From Gemmatimonadota bacterium (GTDB taxonomy: Bacteria; Gemmatimonadota; Gemmatimonadetes; Gemmatimonadales; GWC2-71-9), in NCBI GenBank assembly GCA_003221825.1, contig QHUE01000087.1, positions 1 to 34,308 on the forward strand: a stretch of DNA of 34,308 nt. Reading direction: 5' to 3'. Under the pieces are notes generated by a model. The model was given only the letters and a program-made list of their open reading frames with translations. It was not told where the DNA came from and did not search any database. The position numbers and the translations under genes were made by a program. Shown one piece after another: positions 1 to 10,120 of this stretch. Position 1 is the stretch's first letter; the number at the start of each line of letters is the position of its first letter.

Positions 1-342
1 GTTCGGTGCCGGAGGTTCGGGAATCGTCAGTGTATCGGGGCGCGCCGTCGAAGGTCCCACGCGTCGCAGCGTAACCGGCTTCTCCAGATCCCCACCACTG
101 ATCGTGAGTTTGTCGCCGGCGAGTTTCATGCCGTAGACCTGCCACACCCCGTCGCCCAACGTGATCCACAGGCTGTCACCCACAACCCGCCAGCGGGCGA
201 CGTCTTGGCCGAACTGTGCGGAGCTGTCGCTGCGCACCATGATGTGACGGATCTCATCGCCGGCCTTCGCTTGCCAGTTGCCGGTCAAACGTGCGGGCGC
301 CTGCGCGACAATCAACACGCCCAACAGAATCGTCCAGCGCAT
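1..342 (-). CDS. hypothetical exported protein, partial (3' end lies beyond window start)
   Basis: Absent from the ORF track because it has no stop in the window. ATG at 342-340 has GGGAG 5 nt upstream. Translation MRWTILLGVLIVAQAPARLTGNWQAKAGDEIRHIMVRSDSS... has a signal-peptide-like N-terminus. The frame stays open for all 114 codons to position 1 and is GC3-rich like its neighbours. Confidence 0.6.
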   Translation of the reverse strand, partial: MRWTILLGVLIVAQAPARLTGNWQAKAGDEIRHIMVRSDSSAQFGQDVARWRVVGDSLWITLGDGVWQVYGMKLAGDKLTISGGDLEKPVTLRRVGPSTARPDTLTIPEPPAPN

Positions 343-368
343 CACAACTCCCGAGACTGTGGCCCCAA

Positions 369-1401
369 TCATACCCCCGTCTGTTCCGGTTTTGCAGCGG
401 GCGGCGGGCCGACCGGGGTTCGTTCATCGGGCAGTACGGCCACCTGCCCTTCCCATTGCTTCATCATGCGAACGAAGGCACCGCAGAGCTCCGGATCGAA
501 CTCCAACCCGCTGCGTTCCTGCAAATAGCCGAGCGTCTTCTCGAATGACCACGCCTCGCGGTACGGTCGCCGCGTGCGCAGCGCATCGTAGACGTCGCAG
601 ACGTGCACGAGCTTGCTCGCCGGATGGCAGTCGCGGGCGTAGCGCAGAACGGGATAGCCCCCGCCGTTGATCATGATGTGATGCTCATACGCCACCAACA
701 CGGCCAGGTCGAGGTCTTCTTCCACATCGAGCAGCATGCGCGCGCCGGCCACGGGGTGCTGATTCATCAACGCCCGCTCCTCGTCGGTCAGACGGCCGGG
801 CTTCGTGAGCACCTCGAGCGGGATTTTGATCTTCCCGATGTCGTGCAGCAGTCCGGCAATCCCGAACGTCCGCACATCCGTCCCCGAGAGGCCCAGAAAC
901 TCGGCGAGCGCCATCGAAAGCACAGCCACGTTCATCGAGTGCGTGGTCGTGTACTGATCGAATTCCTTGAGCTGCAAGAGCGGCAACATGACCTGCCGGC
1001 CGCCATGCATGGCGACCGCGAGCGATCGCACGACCGCCTCGGCCTCCGTAAGGGGGACGGCCCCAGTCGTCTGCACTTCGCGCTGTAGCCAGCGCAGCGT
1101 GTCGACCTCTTCGCCCAGCGAGAAGCTGATCGTCGCAGTCGGCAGCGGCTCGGACGCGAGCTCGGTTTCGCCTTTCAGACCGACCGCCCCGAAACGGATG
1201 CTGCTGCGGGAGCCGTCCGAAGACCACTTCGTCACCGAGGAAAGTGAACAGCGGGCGCGACTCGTCGGCCTGGAGATCCTGGATCTGTTGATAGGCGACA
1301 TCGAGGGCGCGCTCCCGCGCCGGATGTCCCAGGCGATACAGCGCCATCGCCGCCAACGCCTGGGCGAACGCGTTGAGAAAGCGAGCGGGATCGCCGCTCA
1401 T
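369..1401 (-). CDS. HD-GYP domain metal-dependent phosphohydrolase (c-di-GMP phosphodiesterase family); reading frame interrupted near 1195-1225
   Basis: ORF 369..1301 carries HD (LLHDIGK) and HHIMINGGGYP motifs. ORF 685..1401, in another frame, gives a sensible N-terminus (MSGDPARFLNAFAQALAAMALYRLGHPARERALDV...FLGDEVVFGRLP) and then turns into Arg/Gly nonsense. The first ~30 codons of the 1301 ORF are also nonsense. ATG 1401 overlaps the upstream stop (ATGA). Confidence 0.8.
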
Positions 1402-2132
1402 CGCTTGATGACCCCTATGGCCGCTGTGGTGCGCGGAATGGAACTCGCCGCGCTCCGGACGTCCGGATCGTTGGATGCGCCGGCCAGCGCCAGCAGCGCC
1501 GCCGCCCGCACGTCATTCCGCCACCCGGCCCCCAGCGCCATCAGCGCGGCGAGCAGCTCGAGCGAGCGGGCTGCAAGCTTCTGGCGTCCGAGCCAATTCG
1601 TGCCTCCGTCCACGAGCTGCAGCAGCGCAGTCAAGGCGGCGGTGTTGCGCACCCGCCCGAGAACTTTGATGGCGAGGACCCGGAGCTCGGAGGCCGTCCC
1701 GGCGTCGTGAGCCAGCTCGGCCACGACGGGCAACGCCGACGCCGGGCAGTCCTCGAGCGCCGCGGTCAACCCCAGCCGAACCGTGCGCGGGTCGGTATCC
1801 CGCAACGCACCGAGCAGCGCGCGCTCGCGCTCGGCCGACAGCTTGAGCGCGACCTTGAATGCCTCGCGGCGAACGCGGGCATCGTGGTGCCCGATGAACG
1901 TGGCCGCCCGAAAACCGTCGGGGAGCGCGGGCAGGCCGTCCAGGATCAACAGCAGATTCCGCGTGACGTACCAGGGAATCTCGCGCGCGAGACGCGAGGC
2001 GATGACGGGACCGAGCTCGCGCGGCGCGTGCGTCAGACGATCGAGCAGCCCGCGACGGGTGGTGCGAGACTCCGATGCGCCGAGCACATCGAGCAGCGGC
2101 TCGAACGCATCGACGCGCAGCCGCGGCAGCAC
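1398..2132 (-). CDS. HEAT/ARM-like repeat protein; probably the C-terminal part of a single gene with 2033..3271
   Basis: 244-aa ORF with repeated helical DxRVRxxA-type HEAT-like units (HHDARVRREAFKVAL, DTDPRTVRLGLTAAL, SNDPDVRSAA). The GTG start has no SD and lies 100 nt inside the upstream ORF. The frame stays open upstream of the GTG. Confidence 0.65.
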   Translation of the reverse strand: MLPRLRVDAFEPLLDVLGASESRTTRRGLLDRLTHAPRELGPVIASRLAREIPWYVTRNLLLILDGLPALPDGFRAATFIGHHDARVRREAFKVALKLSAERERALLGALRDTDPRTVRLGLTAALEDCPASALPVVAELAHDAGTASELRVLAIKVLGRVRNTAALTALLQLVDGGTNWLGRQKLAARSLELLAALMALGAGWRNDVRAAALLALAGASNDPDVRSAASSIPRTTAAIGVIKR

Positions 2133-3271
2133 GCCGTCTGCACGATGCGCAACGGCTCGGCGGCTTGTTGCCCAAGCTGCGCGCTGTGGACCGGGGACGC
2201 GGCTGCCATTTTGTGCAGCGCGCGCCCGTACGCATCGGGATTCGGATCCTCAAGCGTCCAGCCTTCCAGGAGATCGCGCACCTGCTCGCGGAGCGCGATG
2301 TCCGCCTGGGGCCGCATTTCCGCGGTCCCCTGCTCCGCATGTTGCGCCAGCTTCGACAGCATCCGCACCAGCGGGTCGGAGACCGTTTTGTGGGACGCGT
2401 CCGCCATCGCGCGCACGATGTCGAGGACGGCGTCCACCGCGAGCCCGTGCGTCGCGTCAATCGCGAACTTGGTGCGCTGCGCGTTGTCGCCGCCCATTTC
2501 GATCAACCGCCGCAGAGTTCCCGGCTGCAACGCACCGACCAGTTTTGACGTGCGGCGCCGCAGCGCAACCGCCTCCGCGTCCCCAGTATGCTTCAACTCA
2601 TCCGCGATCTGCAGCAGGTAACCGACGATCACTTGGTCGTAGGCGGCGCTCTTCGGATGGTCATCGATCGCCTTGGCGATCATCGACGGCTCAGTCGCCG
2701 GCGGGGGTGTGTCATCGGCCGCCAGCGCGTCCGCGGCGAGAGCCGCACGCGCCAGTCCCACCCACAGCTGCGCGCTCCGGAGCCCGCGTTCTTTGGCGGC
2801 CTGGTCATCCTCCTGCAGCAGCTCGAGCCGTTCGTACGTGACGGGGTGCAACCGGACGTGATCCCAGGCGCGCAGTTGCTCCGGCGCGCCGAGGCCGAGT
2901 GGTTGCCCGGTGCGTTCCGCTTCCACGGCGAGCGTCTGCAACACGTCGGCGACTTCGGTCACACGCAGGCCGCGGTGGAACGTCACGGCGCCGAGATGGT
3001 GGCGATGCAAACGACCGGCGAGCTCGGAAAGGAGGGGGTTCTTTGCGTCGGTGGCGACGCCTTCGATGACGAGTTGCTGGCGCGCCACGCCCAGCGCGAG
3101 CGTCGTACGCTCCTCGAACAGGTGCTCGGCACGCCTGGTCACCCCCGCCGCGGCGGGCGCGAGCGAGGGGTGCCCCTCCGGGTACATCGAGTGCTTGTGG
3201 AGGGCAATGGAGAGCTCAATAAGGAAGTCGGCCAACTCTCTGGAGAGAGCCGCTTTTTCCGGAGCAGTCAT
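2033..3271 (-). CDS. conserved hypothetical protein with N-terminal sensor-like 'YP..HP' domain; last ~32 codons look like out-of-frame read-through
   Basis: 412-aa ORF with protein-like composition up to ...AAEPLRIVQTA. The tail CCRGCASMRSSRCSMCSAHRSLAPPVAGCSIV overlaps the next ORF's coding frame. The N-terminus (LHKHSMYPEGHPSLAPAA...) resembles those of 22848..24458 and of the HD-GYP gene. Confidence 0.65.
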   Translation of the reverse strand: MTAPEKAALSRELADFLIELSIALHKHSMYPEGHPSLAPAAAGVTRRAEHLFEERTTLALGVARQQLVIEGVATDAKNPLLSELAGRLHRHHLGAVTFHRGLRVTEVADVLQTLAVEAERTGQPLGLGAPEQLRAWDHVRLHPVTYERLELLQEDDQAAKERGLRSAQLWVGLARAALAADALAADDTPPPATEPSMIAKAIDDHPKSAAYDQVIVGYLLQIADELKHTGDAEAVALRRRTSKLVGALQPGTLRRLIEMGGDNAQRTKFAIDATHGLAVDAVLDIVRAMADASHKTVSDPLVRMLSKLAQHAEQGTAEMRPQADIALREQVRDLLEGWTLEDPNPDAYGRALHKMAAASPVHSAQLGQQAAEPLRIVQTACCRGCASMRSSRCSMCSAHRSLAPPVAGCSIV

Positions 3272-3277
3272 GGCCCC

Positions 3278-3323
3278 ACAAAATAGTGCTCCCCCCCGTG
3301 CCGAACGTCACATGGGAGGGAGC
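3278..3323 (-). terminator. putative rho-independent terminator downstream of groEL
   Basis: Minus-strand RNA would read GCUCCCUCCC-(16 nt loop)-GGGGGGGAGC, a 10 bp stem with one G.U pair, followed by ACUAUUUUGU. The loop is long, so confidence is moderate. Confidence 0.5.
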
Positions 3324-3377
3324 GCTACGACGTAAGTCTATGTTACCTAGGCGTCTATGCGTCTCGACGTCTAGTTT

Positions 3378-5215
<1,838 letters not shown>

Positions 5216-5255
5216 GATTCTCTGAACCTCCGTAACTCTTTGAATTGATTAGCTG

Positions 5256-5282
5256 TTAGCACTCGTCGATGGTGAGTGCTAA
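5256..5282 (-). promoter_or_regulatory. CIRCE operator (HrcA binding site) in the groES leader
   Basis: Perfect match to the consensus inverted repeat TTAGCACTC-N9-GAGTGCTAA (ttagcactc gtcgatggt gagtgctaa), 41 nt upstream of the groES ATG. Confidence 0.9.
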
Positions 5283-5297
5283 TGGACGACGCGGGGA

Positions 5298-5325
5298 ATC
5301 TCACCACCCCTCAGGGGGGTGTCAA
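5298..5325 (-). promoter_or_regulatory. putative sigma-70-type promoter of groES-groEL
   Basis: Minus strand reads TTGACA (5325-5320), a 16 nt spacer, then TGAGAT (5303-5298), just upstream of CIRCE. The -35 is perfect and the -10 is weak. Confidence 0.4.
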
Positions 5326-5720
5326 GGGCTGGAAAACGCCGAGTCTCCGGCCATTAACGCGCGTACTGCCGCTCGGGCGCGAGCCCGTGGCGTCGCGGTC
5401 AGCGAATCGAGCTGGATCGTGCTGGCCCGAACGATCACCCCCGAGCGCGTGTCCGCGAGGCGGAGGTGGAACCAGGTTGCCTCCCCGGCCGAGGGATATC
5501 GAAAGGTGAAGTAGATGAGCGCCGCCGTCGGTCCGCTGCCACCTCGCACCTGCGGCCGCACCTTAATGCCTTGCTCCCGCAGTGCGCGGGCAAGCTCGAC
5601 GCTTTGTTGATCCTTTTCCTCGACGACGACGGCGTAGCCGTGCAGGGCTTGGGGAATCTGAGAGGACGCGCAGGCGAGCGTCAGCACGGACGTCACGACG
5701 CCGCAGCGCCATGGCGTCAT
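5322..5720 (-). CDS. putative lipoprotein / exported small protein
   Basis: Preferred start is ATG 5720 (MTPWRCGVVTSVLTLACASSQ...), which forms an ATGA overlap with the upstream stop. Signal peptide with a Cys in a lipobox-like LTLAC. The upstream extension in the ORF track (to 5759) overlaps the previous gene. Confidence 0.6.
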   Translation of the reverse strand: MTPWRCGVVTSVLTLACASSQIPQALHGYAVVVEEKDQQSVELARALREQGIKVRPQVRGGSGPTAALIYFTFRYPSAGEATWFHLRLADTRSGVIVRASTIQLDSLTATPRARARAAVRALMAGDSAFSSP

Positions 5721-6688
5721 TGAACCACCCGACGCGCCCCCACCCACCGCGCCACCCACCAGGAGCCCTCGGGATCCTGCACCTCGAGTCGCGACAATTT
5801 GACGCCGGTATTCGAGCTGTGGATAAACTTCTGCTCGCCGACGTACATCCCCACGTGCGTCACCCCACCGGCCGGTTGCGCGGAGAACAGGAGAATGTCA
5901 CCCGGCTGGAGCGCCTCTAAGACGGGTGGGACTTCGCTTCCAGACCGCGCCTGATCGCGGCTCATCCGCGGCAGCCGGATCCCGTGCTGGCTGTAGGACC
6001 ACTGCACGAGGCCGGAGCAGTCGAACCCGTTCGCAGCCGTTCCGCCCCACAGATACGGCGTGCCGAGCGCATCCAGCGCCGTGCGCACGATGTCGGCGGC
6101 GTTGCCGGTGATCACGCTCGGCGGTTCCGGAGGTGGAGTGTTTCGCGCCCCGCTCCGGCTCGCCCAACGGCGGTCCATCGCCGTCCCGACGGTCAGCGAG
6201 ACACCGATCGAAGCGGCGATCCCATCGCGGGAATTCGGAGCGGGCCGCCAGAAGCCGCGCGGGCCGACGTCTTGTAGCCGATACACCGTTTCGACGCCAA
6301 CCGCCGCCCAGGGGATGGGACGCCATTCCGCTCCGACACCCAAGGTCCAGAGCACGGCGAGCTCCTGCGACGTCGTATCGGTGGAGATGCCCAACGAGAC
6401 GCCGGCGATCCCGTACGGCCCCAGCGGAGAGCGGTGGCGCAGCGCGTGAAGCTGCCACCCCGCTCCATAAAACGCGTGGTGACGGCCGAGGCTGTCGTGG
6501 ATCAGCAGTTGGGCGGCGAGTCCGAGCGAGAACATCCCGTCCCCAAGCGGGGCGTCGGTCCGCAGCTCGTAGCTCTTCGAGCGATTGCCCTGATACCAGC
6601 GGCCGTAGCGCAGATCGACATCTCGCCCCTGCGCGGGAAGAGCGGAAACTCCGGCGATTAGAAGGAAGAGCTCAATCCGCGGCCGCAA
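5717..6688 (-). CDS. NlpC/P60 family peptidoglycan endopeptidase with N-terminal 8-strand outer-membrane beta-barrel-like domain
   Basis: The C-terminus has the NlpC/P60 signature (GTPYLWGGTAANGFDCSGLVQWSY...GDILLF...THVGMYVG). The N-terminal ~190 aa show alternating beta-strand patterns (PYGIAGVSLGIS, LWTLGVGAEWRP, AAVGVETVYRL, IAASIGVSLTVG). The chosen start is TTG 6688 (MRPRIELFLLIAGVSALPAQG signal peptide). The ORF-track start 6784 would run through the upstream gene. Confidence 0.85.
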   Translation of the reverse strand: MRPRIELFLLIAGVSALPAQGRDVDLRYGRWYQGNRSKSYELRTDAPLGDGMFSLGLAAQLLIHDSLGRHHAFYGAGWQLHALRHRSPLGPYGIAGVSLGISTDTTSQELAVLWTLGVGAEWRPIPWAAVGVETVYRLQDVGPRGFWRPAPNSRDGIAASIGVSLTVGTAMDRRWASRSGARNTPPPEPPSVITGNAADIVRTALDALGTPYLWGGTAANGFDCSGLVQWSYSQHGIRLPRMSRDQARSGSEVPPVLEALQPGDILLFSAQPAGGVTHVGMYVGEQKFIHSSNTGVKLSRLEVQDPEGSWWVARWVGARRVVQ

Positions 6689-6956
6689 TCGCGGCGTGCT
6701 CCTCGGAGGCGCGGGGTGCCATGTGATGCGACAGCAGATGCGGCAGATGGCGCATGAAACGCACCCAGGTCCAGAGCACCGCAAAGCCGCACACCAGTGC
6801 GCCGGCTCCGGCGATCGCGAGCATGACCACAGGACTCTCGAACCGCAGCGCGACGAGCGCGCCCAGCCACAAACCGACGTGCGATGCCGCCCACGCCCAA
6901 GCCGGGGTCAGCAACCACCCCACCACCACGAGCAAATGGGCCATCCATCTCGGCAC
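6672..6956 (-). CDS. small integral membrane protein, unknown function
   Basis: 94-aa ORF with about three hydrophobic helices (HLLVVVGWLLTPAWAWAA, LWLGALVAL, VMLAIAGAGALVCGFAVLWTW). GC3-rich frame, GTG start. No recognisable family. Confidence 0.5.
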   Translation of the reverse strand: MPRWMAHLLVVVGWLLTPAWAWAASHVGLWLGALVALRFESPVVMLAIAGAGALVCGFAVLWTWVRFMRHLPHLLSHHMAPRASEEHAAIAAAD

Positions 6957-6962
6957 GGTTCG

Positions 6963-7565
6963 TTACCCTCGGCGCGCGAGCACAATCAACGCGAAGATGA
7001 CCAGCGTGCCTGCAAACCCTGCGCCCGCGGCGACCGGCATGAACAGCAGGCCCCCGAGTCCCAAGCCCAATCCCACACCGAGACCGCCACCGATCGCGGG
7101 AATGGCCAAGGCCCGGATCGACGGGTCGCCGCCCCGCGCGGCTCGGCCGGCGGTCACGATCGCGCCCATCCAGGCGAGGAGTGTCCCCAGCATCCACCAG
7201 ATGGGGAGGTACCACCAGGTGCTGCCGCCTCCGACGGCATCCCACGTCCAGGGATATGCGCGCAACGGTCGGAGCAGGATGATGTCGATCGCCATGAACA
7301 CGATCGTGCCCCACAGACCCATCGCCGCCGCGCTCGCCACGCCTTGCGTCGTCCGGGAAGCCGCGAAGAAGCCCGGCAAGAATGCCGCCCCTACCCCACC
7401 GGCCAGCACGATGATCATCAACAGCACCGAGGTGCCGAGCCCTGCCGGCAACAGGCGGGAGACGAGCAGAAAGAGGATGACGGCAACCGCGGTCGCAGCA
7501 CCGACGATGGTTCCACTCAGGAGCACATGCCGGAATTCGGAGCGATCGACTGTCGCGGAAGTCAT
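6963..7565 (-). CDS. polytopic integral membrane protein, unknown function
   Basis: 200-aa ORF. ATG is preceded by GGAGA. Five or six hydrophobic segments and a Gly-rich GGGLGVGLGLGLGG stretch. No catalytic motif recognised. Confidence 0.65.
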   Translation of the reverse strand: MTSATVDRSEFRHVLLSGTIVGAATAVAVILFLLVSRLLPAGLGTSVLLMIIVLAGGVGAAFLPGFFAASRTTQGVASAAAMGLWGTIVFMAIDIILLRPLRAYPWTWDAVGGGSTWWYLPIWWMLGTLLAWMGAIVTAGRAARGGDPSIRALAIPAIGGGLGVGLGLGLGGLLFMPVAAGAGFAGTLVIFALIVLARRG

Positions 7566-7621
7566 GTATCTCCTCTACGAGGGGTGGACAGAGCCGTTTC
7601 TGCTAATCTAAACGTCGCCCA

Positions 7622-8548
7622 TTACGAGGCAAACACGAACAAGACGCCAAGGTCCGTGAGCGCCCACGCGGCAAGAGCGCGATACATGCCGCGCTGGTGT
7701 TGCCGCGGACTCCACGCTGCGTGACTCGCCAGCCAAGGCAACAACACCACCAACCACGCCGCGAGGGGCACCAGCAGCGCCCAGCTTTTTGCCGTCACGT
7801 GCAGGGTGCCGATGGCGCATGCGAAGATGCCGAACGCGACCAGCGTGGATATCGTTGCGACCACCAGACTGACCCGCATGCCCAAGATCAGCGCGAGCGT
7901 ACGGTCGCCACGCCGCCGGTCCTCATCGAACTGATACAGCTGGGTGAGTGGATAGAGCCCGGCGAACAGGGGACAGAACGCGAGCAACACCAATCCGTGA
8001 CCGAGGTCGAGCGCGCGGCCGGTAGCGGCCCATGCCGCGTACGGCGTGAGCGTGCCGAACCCCCACATGTTGATGACCCAATCCACACCGGCGACCGCTT
8101 TGAACCGAAACGGCGGCACCGAGTAGAGGATCGACAGCACGAAACAGATCACGTAGGCGATCCGAAAACCGAACGGGAGGAGGAAGGCCAGCGCCTGCCC
8201 GCCGAATAACAGTACGAGACTGAAATGGAGCAGATAGCGCGGCAGCGCGGGCGGGGCGTTGAGGTACCCGATGTCCCCTTCGTCCTTATCGAACACGCTG
8301 TTGATCGCGAGCGTGCCGCCGTTCAGGAACACGACCCAGATCACGAGCGCGAGCAGCGCCGCACGCAGGTGCTGGCCACTCGCCGCGCCGCGCAGTCCCA
8401 CCGCGAGCACATAGCCGAGCAGTGTGTGGCCCGCCATGATCGGCCACTCGGCGGGGCGCATGTGGAGGATGTACGAGTAGAGGTCGCCGGGGAGGAGCCG
8501 ATACCCCCAGCGTCGCCACGCGTTCAGCGTGCGCGCGTCGGTTACCAC
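7622..8548 (-). CDS. UbiA-family prenyltransferase
   Basis: Polytopic membrane protein with Asp-rich motifs (NSVFDKDEGDIGY, YQFDEDRRRGDRT). The chosen start GTG 8548 overlaps the coaX stop (GTGGTAA). The 532-aa ORF-track version runs antisense-frame through coaX and is not credible. ATG at MRPAEW is an alternative start. Confidence 0.75.
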   Translation of the reverse strand: MVTDARTLNAWRRWGYRLLPGDLYSYILHMRPAEWPIMAGHTLLGYVLAVGLRGAASGQHLRAALLALVIWVVFLNGGTLAINSVFDKDEGDIGYLNAPPALPRYLLHFSLVLLFGGQALAFLLPFGFRIAYVICFVLSILYSVPPFRFKAVAGVDWVINMWGFGTLTPYAAWAATGRALDLGHGLVLLAFCPLFAGLYPLTQLYQFDEDRRRGDRTLALILGMRVSLVVATISTLVAFGIFACAIGTLHVTAKSWALLVPLAAWLVVLLPWLASHAAWSPRQHQRGMYRALAAWALTDLGVLFVFAS

Positions 8549-9333
8549 TTGAGGCCGAGTGCCGCCGCCGCGATCCGCAGACCGACGAGGGTCAGGTCGG
8601 GGTGAACCGACTCGATCTCCTGACACAGCGGCGCGACGAGGCCGGCGAGCCCGCCGGTCGCCACGACCGTCGGGCGATTGCGGGATGGCCACTCCGCCAT
8701 GATGCGACGCACCAACCCGTCCACGGCGTCGGCCGTGCCCCACAGCACGCCGACGCGAATGCAATCCTCGGTGCGGCGGCCGATCGCGTGCGTCGGGGGG
8801 AGCAGCTCGGTGGCCGGGAGCTTCGCCGTCTTGCGTACCAGCTCGTCCGAGGCGGTGCGCACGCCGGGCATGATCACGCCGCCGATGAAATGCGGGCCGT
8901 CTTTTCCTTCGACGCTGATGCAGTCGAATGTCGTCGCGGTGCCGAAGTCCACGACAATCGTGTCTTTCTTGAACAGCGCCGCCGCTGCCAGGGTGTTGAC
9001 GATGCGATCGGCGCCGACGGTGAGCGGCTCGTCGACATCGAGCACCATGGGGAGCTTGGAACGCGCGTCCACGCGCAGCGGCTCGCGCGTCGTCGCGGCC
9101 TCGATCCCGTCGCACAGACTCTCCGTCACGGGGGGGGCAACGGAGGCGACGATCGCCGCGCGAATCTCTTGCGTCGAATGCCCCGCCTGCGTCAGGTGCG
9201 CCGTGAACGCTGCGGCCCACTCGTCCGGCGTGCGGTGCGGCGTCGAGTGCAGGCGCCAGTGCGCCTCGAGCCGGTCACCTGCGAACAGCCCGACCGTCGT
9301 CTCGGTGTTGCCGATGTCGAACGCGAGGAGCAT
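8542..9333 (-). CDS. coaX: type III pantothenate kinase
   Basis: From ATG 9333: MLLAFDIGNTETTVGLF..., IVVDFGTATTFD, GGVIMPG, VVATGGLA. These are typical CoaX/ASKHA motifs. 263 aa. Confidence 0.9.
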   Translation of the reverse strand: MLLAFDIGNTETTVGLFAGDRLEAHWRLHSTPHRTPDEWAAAFTAHLTQAGHSTQEIRAAIVASVAPPVTESLCDGIEAATTREPLRVDARSKLPMVLDVDEPLTVGADRIVNTLAAAALFKKDTIVVDFGTATTFDCISVEGKDGPHFIGGVIMPGVRTASDELVRKTAKLPATELLPPTHAIGRRTEDCIRVGVLWGTADAVDGLVRRIMAEWPSRNRPTVVATGGLAGLVAPLCQEIESVHPDLTLVGLRIAAAALGLKW

Positions 9334-9340
9334 GGGGCGG

Positions 9341-10120
9341 CTAAGATAGCTCGACGTGGCCGCCCTGCACCATCGTCGTCCCCGCGCCGGTATCGACCAG
9401 CAGCGCGCCGTCGGGACGAATCCCCGCGGCGCGTCCGGCGAGCGGCGCACGGATCTGCCGGCCCCGCAGCCAGTCGCGTCGCGCGAACGCGGCGCACTCG
9501 AACTCGGTGAGCTGGCCGCCGTGGGCGGCGAGGCGGAGCAGTGCCGGCACGAGCAGGTCGAGCACATCGATGCGGCGCACCACCGGCCGCAGCTCGCGCA
9601 GCGCCACCGCGCGTTCCGTCAGCTCGACCGGGATGTCGTTCGCCACGTTGACGCCGATCCCGACGCCGAGCCACTGCAGCGTGTCGCCCTGCCACCGGCT
9701 CTCGCACAGAATCCCCGCCACTTTCCGATCGTCCACGAGCACGTCATTCGGCCATTTCAGTCCGGCCCGCGGTCCGGACAGCGACGTGGGGCGCACCCCG
9801 AGCGTCGCCTCGACGACATCGGCGAGGACCAAGCCGACGCGGAGCGACAGGACGCCGGCCGCGGGAAGGGGCGGCGGGGGCCGCAGCAACATGCCGAGCC
9901 ACACGCCGCCCGGCGGCGAGCGCCACGTGCGGCCGTCGCGCCCCCGCCCCGCCGTTTGCTCCTCGGCGAGGACCACCGTTCCGGACGGCGCCCCCTGCGC
10001 GCCCAGGTCGTGAATGGCATCGAGGCTGGAGGTGAGAGTGCGGAAGACGCCGCATTGCGGCACGCCCCAGCGGCGGGCCAGCGCCGCCGCGGGAATGTCG
10101 TCGATCGCTAGCCGTGCCAC
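9341..10120 (-). CDS. birA: biotin--[acetyl-CoA-carboxylase] ligase (no N-terminal HTH)
   Basis: Motifs EEQTAGRGRDGRTWRSPPG and LKWPNDVLVDDRKVAGIL. The start is uncertain: GTG 10120 (13 nt overlap with uppP) or ATG 10156. Confidence 0.85.
   Translation of the reverse strand: MARLAIDDIPAAALARRWGVPQCGVFRTLTSSLDAIHDLGAQGAPSGTVVLAEEQTAGRGRDGRTWRSPPGGVWLGMLLRPPPPLPAAGVLSLRVGLVLADVVEATLGVRPTSLSGPRAGLKWPNDVLVDDRKVAGILCESRWQGDTLQWLGVGIGVNVANDIPVELTERAVALRELRPVVRRIDVLDLLVPALLRLAAHGGQLTEFECAAFARRDWLRGRQIRAPLAGRAAGIRPDGALLVDTGAGTTMVQGGHVELS

Noticed and set aside
205-670. Three overlapping plus-strand ORFs (205..528, 278..670, 291..548) near the left end
   Set aside because: They overlap the minus-strand exported-protein gene (1..342) and the HD-GYP 3' end. 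Their composition is not protein-like.
3234-3250. PyrR-box-like sequence on the minus strand (cUCCAGAGAGuUgg)
   Set aside because: It lies inside the coding region of the gene starting at 3271 (codons ALSRELA) and about 29 kb from the pyr genes. The match is only partial, so it is most likely coincidence.
8549-9220. N-terminal extension of the UbiA-type ORF (7622..9220, 532 aa). Similar extensions occur at 15350..15865 (mutL), 20943..21257, 9334..9567 (coaX) and 10894..10986 (uppP).
   Set aside because: The extensions overlap upstream genes in another frame and are Arg/Gly/Asp-rich nonsense. Conserved family N-termini begin at internal starts that form ATGA/GTGA overlaps.
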